Positions 24,155 to 36,577 of a stretch of 64,000 nucleotides of DNA are shown here, piece by piece; the first letter of the stretch is position 1, and each line of letters starts with the position of its first letter. The stretch is from Mobula hypostoma (lineage: Eukaryota). The translations under genes and the position numbers were made by a program. The DNA is taken from NCBI RefSeq assembly GCF_963921235.1, contig NC_086097.1, positions 163,372,001 through 163,436,000 of the forward strand. The letters are read 5' to 3'. The notes beneath the pieces were generated by a model. The model searched no databases, was not told the DNA's origin, and saw nothing but the letters and a program-made list of their open reading frames with translations.

Positions 24155-27100
24155 ATATAGAACATAGAACAGTACAGCAAAGTACAGGCCCTTCGGCCCA
24201 CAATATTGTGCTGACCCTCAAACCCTGCCTCCTAGATAACCCCCCCACCTTAAATTCCTCCATACACCTGTCTAGTAGTCTCTTAAACTTCACTAGTGTA
24301 TCTGCCTCCACCACTGACTCAGGCAGTGCATTCCACACAGCAACCCTCTCTGAGTAAAAAAAAAACCTTCCTCTAATATCCCCCTTGAACTTCCCACCCC
24401 TTACCTTAAAGCCATGTCCTCTTGTATTGAGCAGTGGTGTCCTGGGGAAGAGGCGCTGGCTATCCACTTGACCTATTCCTCTTATTATCTTGTCATGTCT
24501 CCTCTCATCCTCCTTCTCTCCAAAGAGTAAAGCCCTAGCTCCCTTATCTCTGATCATAATGCATACTCTCTAAACCAGGCAGCATCCTGGTAAATCTCCT
24601 CTGTACCCTTTCCAATGCTTCCACATCCTTCCTATAGTGAGGCGACCAGAACTGGACACAATACTCCAAGTGTGGCCTAACCAGAGTTTTATAGAGCTGC
24701 ATCATTACCTCGCGACTCTTAAACTCTATCCCTCGTCTTATGAAAGCTAACACCCCATAAGCTTTCTTAACTATCCTATTTACCTGTGAGGCAACTTTCA
24801 GGGATCCGTGGACATGTACCCCCAGATCCCTCTGCTCTTCCACACTAGCAAGTATCCTGCTGTTTACTTTGTACTCTGCCTTGGAGTTTGTCCTTCCAAA
24901 GTGTACTAACTCACTTCTCCGGGTGAACTCCTTCTGCCACTTCTCAGCCCACTTCTGCATCCTATCAATGTCTCTCTGCAATCTTCGACAATCCTCTACA
25001 CTATCTACAACACCACCAACCTTTGTGGCATCTGCAAACTTAACAACCTACCCTTCTACCCCCACATCCAGGTCGTTAATAAAAATCACAAAAAGTAGAG
25101 GTCCCAGAACGGATCCTTGTGGGACACCACTAGTCACAATCCTCCAATCTGAATGTACTCCCTCCACCACGACCCTCTGCCTTCTGCAGACAAGCCAATT
25201 CTGAATCCACCTGGCCAAACTTCCCTGGATCCCATGCCTTCTGACTTTCTGAATAAGCCTACCGTGTGGAACCTTGTCAAATGCCTTACTAAGATCCATA
25301 TAGATCACATCCACTGCACTACCCTCATCTATATGCCTGGTCACCTCCTCAAAGAACTCTATCAGGCTTGTTAGACATGATCTGCCCTTAACAAAGCCAT
25401 GCTGACTGTCCCTGATCAGACCATGATTCTCTAAATGCTCATAGATCCTATCTCTATGAATCTTTTCCAACAGCTTTCCCAGACGTAAGGCTCACTGGTC
25501 TATAATTACCCGGACTATCCCTACTACCTTTTTTGAACAAGGACACAGCATTTGCCTCCCTCCAATCCTCCGGTACCATTCCCATAGACAACAAGGACAT
25601 AAAGATCCTAGCCATAGGCTCAGCAATCTCTTCCCTCGCCTCGTGGAGCAGCCTGGGGTATATTCCGTCAGGCCCCGGGGACTTATCCGTGCTAATGTAT
25701 TTTAATAACTCCAACACCTCCTCTTACTTAATATCAACATGCTCCAGAACATCAACCTCACTCATATTGTCCTCACCATCAAGTTCCCTCTCATTGGTGA
25801 ATACCGAGGAGAAGTATTCATTGAGGACCTCGCTCACTTCCACAGCCTCCAGGCACATCTTCCCACCTTTATCTCTAATCGGTCCTACCTTCACTCCTGT
25901 CATCCTTTTGTTCTTCACATAATTGAAGAATACCTTGGGGTTTTCCTTTACCCTACTCGCCAAGGCCTTCTCATGCCTTCTTCTTAAGCTCCACTCTTGC
26001 TTCCCTGTATTCCTCATTAGACCCATCTGATCCTTGCTTCCTAAACCTCATGTATGCTGCCATCTTCCACCTGACTAGATTTTCCACCTCACTTGTCACC
26101 CATGGTTCCTTCACCCTACCATTCTTTATCTTGCTCACCAGGACAAATTTATCCCTAACGTCCTGCAAGAGATCCCTAAACATCGACCACATGTCCATAG
26201 TATATTTCCCTGCAAAAACATCATCCCAATTCACACCCGCAAGTTCTAGCCTTATAGCCTCATAATTTGCCCTTCCCCAATTAAAAATGTTCCTGTCCTC
26301 TCTGATTCTATCCTTTTCCATGATAATGCTAAAGGCCAGGGAGTGGTGGTCACTGTCCCCCAGATGCTCACCCACTGAGAGATCTGTGACCTGACCCGGT
26401 TTGTTACGTAATACTAGATCTAATATGGCATTTCCCCCTCGTCGGCCTGTCAACATACTGTGACAGGAATCTGTCCTGGACACACTTAACAAACTCTGCC
26501 CCGTCCAAACCCTTGGAACTAATCAGGTGTCAATCAATATTCGGGAAGTTAAAGTCACCCATGATAACAACCCTTTTATTTTTGCACCTTCCCAAAATCT
26601 GCCTCCCAATCTGCTCCTCTGTATCTCTGCTGCTACCAAGGGGCCTATAGAATACCCCCAATAGAGTAACTGCTCCCTTCCTGTTCCTGACTTCCACCCA
26701 TACTGACTCAAGAGGATCCTGCTACATTACCCACTCTTTCTGTAGCTGTAATAGTATCCCTGACCAGGAATGCCACCCCTCCTCCCATTTTCCCCCCTTC
26801 TCTATCCCTTTTAAAGCACTGAAGTCTAGGAATATTGAGAATCCATTCCTGCCCTGGTGCCAGCCAAGTCTCTGTAATGGCCGCTACATCATAATTCCAT
26901 GTATGTATCCAAGCTCTCAGTTCATCACCTTTGTTCCTGATGCTTCTTGCATTGAAATACACACACTTTAACCCTTCTACCTTACTATCTTTACACACTT
27001 TATTCTGCTTCTCTTTCCTCAAAGCCTCTCTATATGTTAGATCTGGCTTTACTCCATGCACTTCTTTCACTGCTCTATTGCTCCAGGTCCCATCCCTCTT

Positions 27101-27960
27101 GCAAATTAGTTTAAACCCTCCCAAACCATGCTCGCAAACCTACTTGCGAGGATATTGCTCCCCCTCGAGTTCAGGTACAACCCATGCAATCTGTACAGGT
27201 CCCACCTTCCCCAGAAGAGATCCCAATGATCTAAAAATCTAAAACCCTGCTCCCTGCACCAACTCCACAGCCACGCATTCAACTGCCATCTCTTCCAATT
27301 CTTACCATCACTGGCACGTAGTACTGGCAGCAATCCTGAGAATGCCATCCTTGAGGTCCTGTTCTTCAGCCTTCTGCCTAGTTCCCGAAACTCTCACTTC
27401 AGGACCTCATCCCTCTTCCTGCCTGTGTCGTTGGTGCCAACATTTATCACGACTTCTGGTTGCTTTCCCCCTCGTACCAGGATGTCGTGCACCCAGTCAG
27501 AGACATCCTGGACCCTGGCACCCGGGAGGCAACAAACCATGTGGGTGTCCTTGTCACGTCCACAAAATCTCCTGTCTGATCCCCTGACTATAGAGTTTCC
27601 AATGACGACAGCTCTCCTCTTCTCCGTCCCACCCTTCTGCACCACAGGGTCAGACTTAGTGCCGGAGGCCCTGCCACCGTGGCTCACACCTGGCTGGTCA
27701 TCCCTGCCAACAGTATCCAGGATGGTAAACTTATTATTCGGGGAATGGCTACAGGGGTGCTCTGCACTACCTGTCTACTCCCCTTCACTTTCCCCCCTCT
27801 GACTGTCACCCAATGACCTGCTTCCGACAGCCAAGGTGTGACTACCTCCCTGTAGCTCTCATCTATGACTGCGTCATTCTCCCTTATGAGTCGAAGGTCA
27901 TCCAGCTGCTGCTCCAGATTCCTTACACGGTCTTCCAGATCGCCCAGCCGCATGCACTTC
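24155..27960 (-). mobile_element. Near full-length degenerate CR1 LINE: ORF1 (coiled coil + SGNH esterase) and ORF2 (APE + RT)
   Basis: ORF1 'RVRNLEQQLDDLRLIRE', 'VVIGNSIVRG', 'CLPGARVQD', 'VGTND', 'LDHWDLFW'; ORF2 'YFNARSIRNK', 'ITETWL', 'SDH', 'KSPGPDGI', 'QHGF', 'DLSKAFDKV', '[10 protein letters not shown]'; (gttctat)n tail; several frameshifts. Confidence 0.97.
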
Positions 27961-28970
27961 TGATAGATTCTTGGATCTGTTCTGGTAAACCTTTTTAGGA
28001 TATTTATATTATTCTTAAATTGTGTTAACCAGAAATGAACAGATTTCTTCAAAATACACAAGCTTGCATATCACGCAAACAAAGCCCGATTTTCCTCTTC
28101 AATATCAAGAAAGAAATGGACGTGGAGAGTGTACTGGTTACCTATGGCCTTCCGGTGAATCAATTCAAATCTGAGGTTGAATAGTGCTTTTTCCTTTTCC
28201 TAATGTTATATCCTTTGACAAAGGACCCTGGGTTATTTCATCTGTGCAAGATTCCTTTATAAACATTCCCTCCAGTCTTTCAAAGCACTGCTCTGAATTC
28301 ACTTTAAGTGAACACAGCAGGTTAGGAGAAGGTGAGTTAATGTCAGTGACCCTTCATTAGGATCTGAAATATCTCCTCTTCTCTCTCTGAGAATAATCTC
28401 AGTTTTTATAGTATAATTTATTTGCTAATTATTTGGACCCTAACTTGACACATCTATATCCTTTGAGGACTTTATGTGAACTTTACAACTTACTTCTCCT
28501 TCCTGTCTGACCTGCTGAGTATTTCAAGAATTTTCTTGTATATTTCAAGTTTGCAGCATCTATACTATTTTTGTGTTGTATTGGTATTTACCTCATCCAA
28601 ACAATGTTTCTAATCCATCAGCAAGGTTTTCCCTTTACTGGCTTGTATGGGCTTTTTTAAAAATCTTCCTGTCATTGATACATCTGTAGTATTGGTAATC
28701 AAAGGAGGAGTTGCCACTTAAGGCGCTCATGTTTTCAGTCACTGACGCACCCTGGGTCACAAAATTGGCTATAGCATTGATATATCCAGGGATCCTGGAG
28801 TCCACGTTCATTGCTGTCTGAAAGTGGATGCACAAATCGATAGGGTGGTGTAGAAGTTGTTGGCACTGAGCTCAAGAGAGAGGAAGTAACATTGCAGTGT
28901 TATAAAACTTATTTCGGCCACATCTGGAATGATTTCCCTGTTATAGGAATGAAGTAGAGGTTTTGGAGAG

Positions 28971-29191
28971 AACGCAAACAACAGGAATTCTGCAGATGCT
29001 GGAAATTCAAGCAACACACATCAAAGTTGCTGGTGAACGCCGCAGGCCAGGCAGCATCTCTAGGAAGAGGTACAGTCGACGTTTCAAGCCGAGACCTTTC
29101 GTCAGTCCTGACGAAGGGTCTCGGCCTGAAACGTCGACTGTACCTCTTCCTAGAGATGCTGCCTGGCCTGCTGCGTTCACCAGCAACTTTG
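28971..29191. mobile_element. Young PLE-derived fold-back element (84-bp arms, 2-nt spacer)
   Basis: 29022-29105 is the reverse complement of 29108-29191 with 3 mismatches; sequence matches PLE end 37602-37735. Confidence 0.95.
29103..29140 (+). ncRNA. Minimal type I hammerhead ribozyme
   Basis: CAGUC-CUGACGA-A-GGGU(CUCG)GCCU-GAAA-CG-UC^GACUG: full core, 5-bp stem I, stem II tetraloop, minimal palindromic stem III. Confidence 0.85.
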
Positions 29192-29445
29192 TCAGGGTGC
29201 TACCTCGGTGGAGGTTCGTCAGGATGCAATCTCAAACCAGGGTTATTTTCTCTGGATGGTGGACTAATGGGAAATCTGACAGGTTTATAGGATTACAAGA
29301 GACATAGACAGTCAGTATATTACTACCAGGGCTGAAAAGTCTAATACAAGAGAGCATGCATTGAAGGTGAGAGGGGGCAAGGTCAAAGGAGATGTGCAGG
29401 ACAACATTTTTAGACAGAGTGGTGTGTACCTGGAATGTGCTCCCA

Positions 29446-30882
29446 CAGACTGTACTTCTACTCCCATCATATTTGCAGAGACAGAGGACCGCACCATCAG
29501 TGGTGATGAATGGTCAAGGGATGCAGAGCAGTGCTTGCAGGACTACTTCAACTTAGTAAACGGAACCACATTCTAGATTTAGCTTTGGATCTGAATAAGT
29601 ATGCCATAGTTGTCACTGACTTCATCAAGACCTGTCTGGATAAGAGTGTGCCTGTGAGAACATACCAGATATACCCAAACCAGAAGCCATGAACCCTGAG
29701 TCTGCAGAGGACTAAATCTTTGGCGTTCAGTATTGGTGATCCAGACTCTACAATAAGTCCATGTACAATCTATGGCAAGCTATAACCGTGTGAATCCCTG
29801 CAGCATCTGGCAACCCTGTGGTATCTGTCGCAGAGGTTGATATCTTTCAGGAGGATGAATCCTCACAAGGCATTAGGCCCCACTGGTGTATCTTGTAGGG
29901 CACTGAAAGCCTCTGCAAAACAGCTGATGGGAGCGTTCGAGGCCATCTTCAATCTCTCACTTCTGCAGGTAGAGGTTCTCACCTGCTTCAAAAGGCATCA
30001 GTTTCCAAGAAGAGCAGGATAAGCTGCCTCAGCAAATATTGCCCAATAGTGCTCACGTCAACTGTGAAGTGTTTTGAGAGTTTGATCATGGCTAGAATTA
30101 ACTCCTGCCTCAGCAAGGTCCTGGACCCACTGCAATCTGCCTTACAGCCACAGTAGGTCTACAACAGATGCCTCTCCACTTAGCCTGGGATCATCTAGAT
30201 AATAGTAATACCTAGTTCAGGCTACTGTTTATTGATTACACCTTACTGTTCAATACCATCATACCCTCAGTCCTAATCAATAAGCTTCAAAACCTGAGCC
30301 TTTGTCCTTCTCTCTGCAATTGGATCCTTGACTTCCTCATCAGGAGATCAGTCAGTGTGTATCAGAAATAACATCCCTTCCTTGCTGGCATACAGCACAG
30401 GTGCACCTCAAAGATGCATACTTAGCCTGCTGCTCTACTGTCTCCACATCCATGACTGTGTGGCTAGGCACAGCTCAAACACCAACCAAAAATTTGCCGA
30501 TGCCACAATGTTGTCGGCAGAATCTCTGATGGTGATGTGGAGCCGTACAGGAGTGAGATCGATTGGCTGGTTGAGTGGTGTTGTAGCAACAACATTGCAC
30601 TCGATGTCTGTGAGACCAAAGAATTGATTATGAACTTTAGGAAGGGGGAAGTCGAGGGAACACACACAGTCCTCATCGAAGGATCAGCAGTGGGTAAAGG
30701 AGAGCAAATTCAAGTTCCTGTGTGCCATTGAATCTGAAGAGCTATCCTGGGCCCAACATATTGATAGAAGCACAAAGGATGCATGCCCATGACTGCTTTG
30801 TTGTACTATACTACACTATACTGTTGCTGTAAAACAAAAAAATTCTCGACATGTGTCAGTGACAATAAACCTGATTCTGATT
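29446..30882 (+). mobile_element. Rex1/Babar LINE fragment (RT), internally deleted
   Basis: 'YPNQKP', 'KALGPTGV', 'IFNLSL', 'TGAPQRCILS', 'KFADAT', 'WCCSNNIALDVCETKELI'; 'aataaacctgattctgatt' tail. Confidence 0.88.
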
Positions 30883-30964
30883 TCAAAAATGAGGTGGTGA
30901 TGGTGGAGGCACGTACAATAGAGTAGAGGGTAAGAAGCTCATTGATGTGGTAGTGTATTTAAAA

Positions 30965-31164
30965 ATGCAAACACGAGGAAATCTGCAGATGCTGGAAATT
31001 CAAGCAACACACATCAAAGTTGCTGGTGAACGCAGCAGGCCAGGCAGCATCTCTAGGAAGAGGTACAGTTGACGTTTTGGGTCTCGGCCCGAAACGTCAA
31101 CTGTACCTCTTCCTAGAGATGCTGTCTGGCCTGCTGCGTTCACCAGCAACTTTGATGTGTGTTG
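30965..31164. mobile_element. Young PLE-derived fold-back element centred on hammerhead stem II
   Basis: Arms 31005-31081 / 31088-31164; 15-bp flanking direct repeat ttgatgtRgtagtgt at 30942-30956 and 31162-31176. Confidence 0.93.
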
Positions 31165-31435
31165 ATGTAGTAGTGTGGTGGTTTGCTCAATCGGGGTTCA
31201 ATTCCCACTACTGTCTGTAAAGAGCTTGTTCATTTTGCCTGTGACCACATTTACGGGTGCTTCAGTTTTCTTCCACATTCCAAAATCGGATGGTCAGGGT
31301 TAGTGAGTTGTTGGTGCTCGAAGCATGGTGACAGCTGCAACCTGCCCAGCACAATCCTTGCAGATTTGATCTGATGCAAAATGATGTGTTTCACTGTATG
31401 TTTCGAAGTACATGTTACAAATAAAGCTAATCTTT
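31165..31435 (+). mobile_element. V-SINE-like tRNA-derived SINE
   Basis: B box 'ggttcaattcc', 'ctgtctgtaaagagcttg...cgggtgcttcagttttcttccacattccaaa', 'aataaagctaatctt' tail. Confidence 0.75.
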
Positions 31436-31694
31436 CAGATAGGCACAGGAGATAGAGAATGGGGAGATGTGGACCAGGTGCAAACTGAGGTTGATTAGTT
31501 TAATTAGGCATTATTAGCTTAATTAGTTTGACACTCCATGGGCTGAATTACTGTTTGCAGGGCTGTACTCTTCTGTGTTCCACAGTCAATATTCCTTTAC
31601 TTACAGAAGCCTCCATAGTTATCTTTGAGGAGATATTGGAAGAAACAGCCCTGTTAGTTTGCTGAGCATGACAGCCAAACAGAAACAGTTGCAG

Positions 31695-32248
31695 TGATAT
31701 AAAGCATTGGTTAGAATGTATTTGGAGTATATGTACAGTTTTGGTGATCACACTACAAGAAGGATGTGGTAACAATAGAGTGAGTGAAGAAGTGATTCAC
31801 CAGGACTTCGACTGTATTGAAGGGTCCAGTTATGAAGAGTGATTGGATAGTCTGGGATCATTCTCACTGGAAAATAGAAGCTGGGGAATGATCTAAAAGG
31901 GTTTTTTTAAAAAATTGAAGTGTATAGTTGGATAAATCGGAATATTTTTTCTTGGTGAAGTGAGTGGAGGATGAAAGGGCACAGGTTTAAGGTGAGAGGA
32001 GAGAATTTAAAGGAGATCTGAGGAGTAAGATTTTCATGCTGGGGTAGTGAATATCTGGAGTAAGTTGCCATAGGGGGCAGCGGAGGCCAATCCAATTACA
32101 ATGGTTAAATGGTATTTGGAGAAATGCTTAGATTGGATAGGCATCAAGGGATATGGGTCTAATGCAGTAAAATGCCATGTGTAGATATGCATCATAACTG
32201 GCATGGACAAGGTGGGCCAAAATGATCCATTTCTGTGTAGTACAATTC
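31695..32248 (+). mobile_element. Old CR1 3' fragment
   Basis: 'gggcacaggtttaaggtgagagg' (GHRFKVRG) and CR1-type tail. Confidence 0.75.
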
Positions 32249-33764
32249 AGTGAAGCCAGGCACCACAGTAAGTCAACTACTTTGTTGTCCTTCTCTCACC
32301 CCATGCTAATTGCACATCTATTTTGTATGCGGAGCGTTAGCAGCTCTCCAAGTGTAATGTGCCCAGTGAACTGTGGTATTCTGGTATCATCCCAGTGGGC
32401 ACATGTTTTATTGCTCCTGATAGATATCGTAGAATTTTACCAGCATTTTAAACTGCCGCAAAACATAGTTTGAGGACATTGTCAATGACATCTATTATTG
32501 TTTGAAGGTCATTTCTCCATACTTTTGATCTCCTTTTAATTGGTATTCTCGATCGTCAATTTCAGTAGTTGTTATCCAAAAGAATTTTTTAAATTATTAG
32601 TCAATGCAGGAGGACTCTTGGTTAACTAATGACAAGTTTTCAAAATAAAATTTGTCACATCCTTAGCAATTTAATCAAACAGGGTTGTCTTCAGTGTGGC
32701 CCACTTATCCCTAAGTTCTGTTTTGCATTATGTACATTGTAGTTTTATAATCTCTTTCTTACAGTGGATTTTTGAAACAGATACCTCAAAGATTTACTGT
32801 AAGCCCCATCCTCACTTCTCACCCCAGCCACCCCTAACTCTAGGTTTGGAGTCCTCACAGAATAGCAGCTGGATTATTCCAGATGGGTAGCAGAATAGAC
32901 CCTTTCAAAATCTTGAAGATCTTTCAACTTGGAATGCAAAGATAATTAGTGAAAACAAGAGGAACTCTGGAACTGGGATTAATCTGCTTGTTCCTGAAGT
33001 CATGTCGATGCTCATAGTTCACAATTTCAAAAAAATTCTTTGACTGACAACAGCTCAGCTCTATCAGGTTCTCACCAGACTGCACAAATATGTGAACAAG
33101 TGACCAGGATCCCGCCAACCTATTATCTAAAAATAAACATGAAGTTACTGAAAATCACTCCTCCTCTGCTGTTATAAGACTATTAAATGGTTTCCTAGCA
33201 CCATAACATAAACTTTTGACTTCACGATCTATCTCGTTATGATCTTGCACCTTATTGGTCATCTGCACTGCACTTTTTAACTGTTACACTTTATTTTGCA
33301 TTGTTATTGTTTCCCTGGTTTGATCTTGATGCATTGTGATGATTTGAACAGCAGGTTTTTCACAGTATCGCAGTACCTGTGACGATAATAAGCCAATTCC
33401 AATACTAAAAACTCAATGCTGGAAGTACCTGGAGGGTCAGGCAATATCTATGTGAAAGAAACTAAAATATTAACTCTTCTCTTCCCACAGTTGATGTCTG
33501 CCCTGCTGAATGTTTCCAGTATTTTCAGTTTGTTTTGCAACTGTAATAATCCTCTTGAGTTCTTAACCCTATCAGGACCAACTTAGTCCCATAGTATAAC
33601 AAACAGAACTACTGTATACCTATTATTAAGCCATTATTCCCAGTTTACAGTCTGAGGGGAAGTTTTGCTCTTTGTTGTATGATTCCTGATACCACTCCCT
33701 GAGCACCCCAGTTCAGATGTTACAGTTCTGACACCTCTAGGGTTCTTTGCTAGGTTGTGGATCC

Positions 33765-34080
33765 AGTAACACTGTGGTTGAACACTGTCCAGGGTCTTAG
33801 GCCATTGATTCAGAGGTGAGCATTTGAATCCCATCACTGCAAATGCTGTATTTAAATTCAAGGAAAGTAAAATAAGCTGAAATTTAAGCAGGAATTCCAG
33901 TAATAAAATAAAATGGAATTAAATAATCAGGAAATAAGCTTCTAACAGTAATGTGGAATTTTAACGAGAGGAATTCATTCAGTGTACACTGTCGTGTTCT
34001 TTTGACTGTCTGTAAATGACCAAAATCAGTGCACACACCTCGTGCAGATAGTGGAATGCTTTCCTTGCCTTTGTGGCATC
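33765..34080 (+). mobile_element. Decayed tRNA-derived SINE; relative at 17110-17380
   Basis: 'tttgaatcccatcac...atttaaattcaag...aataagctgaaattt' parallels 'ggttcaaat...atttaaattcaag...atgaatctggaaattt' at 17158-17225. Confidence 0.4.
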
Positions 34081-34481
34081 TTGGCAAGGGTTCGAAATTT
34101 TTTAAAAGTCAAACTAAATAACAAAATGATCAAAAATCACTGCTTCTTGAATTGGAGTTGAACTGTTTTGCAGCAGTCTCCTGTGCCAGTTAAGTGCGCA
34201 CTGTCCTAAATAAATGAAGGGAATCCCAGTTATTTTCTTGATAATGTTTGTTCTTTAAGAGTTGTCCCAAATAAGCACCTGCCCCAATTAACCGATAGAA
34301 TAATTAACCAGAATCCGCATTCTATTTCATTTGAATTATATAGTATTTGTGATATGAATAAAATGCTACATCCGAGTGAATTAGGAAGTCTCTATCTGTC
34401 TTCTGCATACTCTTTATTCTTGAGAGAATACAAGGTTAATCTCTTCAGTATAGTCTCATAATTTAACTATCTTAGCCCTTT

Positions 34482-34690
34482 GGAGATGCAAGAAACTACA
34501 GAATATGGAATCTGGGGCAACATACAAAAAACTGTAGGAACTTGGTGGGTTATGCAGCATTGAGGAAGGGAAATAGTCACATTTTAGGTCAAGACTGTTC
34601 TTCTGGACCAGAAACATCAACTGTCCATTTCCCTCTAAAGAAGCTGCCTGACCTGCTGAGTTCTGCAGCTTTTTGTATGTTTTTCTAGCC
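34482..34690. mobile_element. Decayed PLE-derived fold-back element
   Basis: Inverted arms 'acatacaaaaa...gcagcatt...gggaaat' / 'atttccct...agctgc...ttttgtatgt' around a 'gaaacatc' remnant. Confidence 0.65.
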
Positions 34691-36322
34691 TTACTATTGT
34701 TCTCATGAAAAGTGCTCTGAAATCTCTGGATTAGTCCGATGTGGGAACCTTGTATCATGACCCACATTTTCTGGACCTTTGAACAATGAGGCAGATTTTT
34801 GTGTTATATCACCATGCAATATGATGAATCTAATGCCCAAGGAACACTGAGGAATTCCATCTGTTATGGCACTGTTGCTCAGATGACTCATCAAGTTTGT
34901 GTGGTGAATAGATAAATCAAGCCAATCGTGGAAGTTCCAGCTCCAAACCAACCCTGTATCAGCAAGCATGGATCCCCATTGGTCCTGAGTGAAGTTCTGC
35001 ACGTGGAAAGTAGAAAAATGTGTCAGTTGGATGGTTCTCCTAAAGGAAAATAATAGTTTTAAATCACCAGAGGAAGATTATTGAAGAAAATATAAAAAGT
35101 CTTAAACATATTGAATAGGATAAATACTAATAAACAGGAGATCTGCTGTTTCACAGGCTGAGTTTAAAAAAAAACAGAAAAGCATGGAAAATAGCTTTGT
35201 TCGTATATGTGATCACCTTGTGAAGCCATGATTATCTAGATAGAGAAGTACTGATGTAGAACAATTTGGGGTGTACAGCTTACAGCTGAATGAAAGGACC
35301 TTATTTTTGGATATTAACATTTGCTAACTGTCTTGCTTGGCATATTTAAGACTAGTTATATCTTGTAGCTCTGGTCATGCTTTCCCATGACAGAGGGCAG
35401 ATTGCAGAGAAGGCAACAGACTGACAGGCGTGCATTTGCCCGAGGCAGGTTGAGACATGATGGCGTGCCGCTTAGTGCTGACTTAGGGCAGAGCTTTCTC
35501 CTGAGGTTCCTTGTCCTTTAAAGTGACAGATTTAGAGAGACAGAGAGCACATGGGTAAGCAAACACGCCAACTAGGCACTCTCTGCCATTTAACAGTTTC
35601 CTCAAACTGCTGACATTTTCATTTGTTTTTTGTGCCCTGGCCTTCACTGTCTCAGTCCATTCCACATGGATCCTACTGTCTGATGAGAAATGACAACACA
35701 CTTTATTTGTGGAACATTGTTATTATCTCATTATTGCACAAGTCGTTGAAATGACAAACATTGGGATATTTAGAGTGCATCAGGGAACTTCATTTTTTTT
35801 CTGAAGAGTAATAAGGATGTTGTATTTGATCTCCACATTATTAGACATTTCAAAGGTGAATTTGCTTAAATAAATAATGCCAATGCTTGCTTGCAGGTTT
35901 CCAATCAACAAAACCGGATCTATACAACAGGGGAGTTTCACTGCAGTACAGTGAGCATCTGAAAGAAAAAATATCAGTGTTTATGTTGTAAACTTTCAGA
36001 TGGATGCTTTGTTGCTGCAGCCCAGATGAAGGGTCCCAGTTAAGCCACAACCTGTTTTTCATCCATGACTGACCTGCCTTGTGTGTCTAACATTTTCTGC
36101 TTTTGTTTTAGATTACCAGCACTGTTAACATTTTCTCATGGCAGTTCATTTCAGTTTGTTAGCATTGACATTGATCAGGTTCATCTAGAAGTGACATGAT
36201 GCAAGGACACGTCTGTATTTTCCCTTGATGTTGGTCATGAGTGTTGGCTCAGAGCTGTGGTGCTCACACCTTGGCCTGCATACTGCCCAACTAACCAAAT
36301 TTAGTTTCAGTCACTGAAGTGA

Positions 36323-36563
36323 ATTAAATATTTCCATAATATTTGATTAATATTGTAGATATATTGTTTGATTAAGCATTATTCTTTGTTCATTTAATTT
36401 ATTATGGGTTATATGCGTAAGTACATGAATGGCATACGTCATTACCCCACCACGTCACATGTGGGCACCTCACTAAAGAAATGAAATGAAGCGTATACAT
36501 TCTCCCAGTCTCCCTGTGTTTTTCTTAAGATTGGTTTTATGTTTTGGAGTTACAAACCATAAT
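36323..36563 (+). repeat. 5' LTR of the Gypsy element
   Basis: Aligns by eye with 43137-43362 ('attgtagatatat...ttgattaa...attatgggtt...gaatggcata.gtcat...gttacaaa'). Confidence 0.8.
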
Positions 36564-36565
36564 AG

Positions 36566-36577
36566 TGGTGACAAGGA
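36566..36577 (+). promoter_or_regulatory. Primer-binding site, probably tRNA-Ser
   Basis: TGGTGACAAGGA directly after the LTR; two CpG-type changes from TGGCGACGAGGA. Confidence 0.6.

Larger units (their letters stand above)
28765..31582 (+). mobile_element. Old CR1 3' portion split by PLE hairpins, a Rex1 LINE and a SINE
   Basis: Segments 28765-28969, 29192-29445, 30886-30935, 31436-31582 read as a continuous CR1 3' region. Confidence 0.7.

Noticed and set aside
28034..28183. 49-codon ATG ORF (MNRFLQNTQ...KSEVE)
   Set aside because: Short, no recognisable motif, no good donor; compatible with chance.
29073..29110. Second hammerhead on the minus strand of the 29-kb palindrome
   Set aside because: The core is present but stem I has two mismatches next to the core (CAGGA versus GACUG).
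28963..29307. Recurrent small ORFs 'MLVNAAGQAASLGRG...' and 'SVSPDEGSRPETST...' (also near 31020, 37655, 48323, 48706)
   Set aside because: They are translations of the non-coding PLE 3' repeat on either strand, not a gene family.
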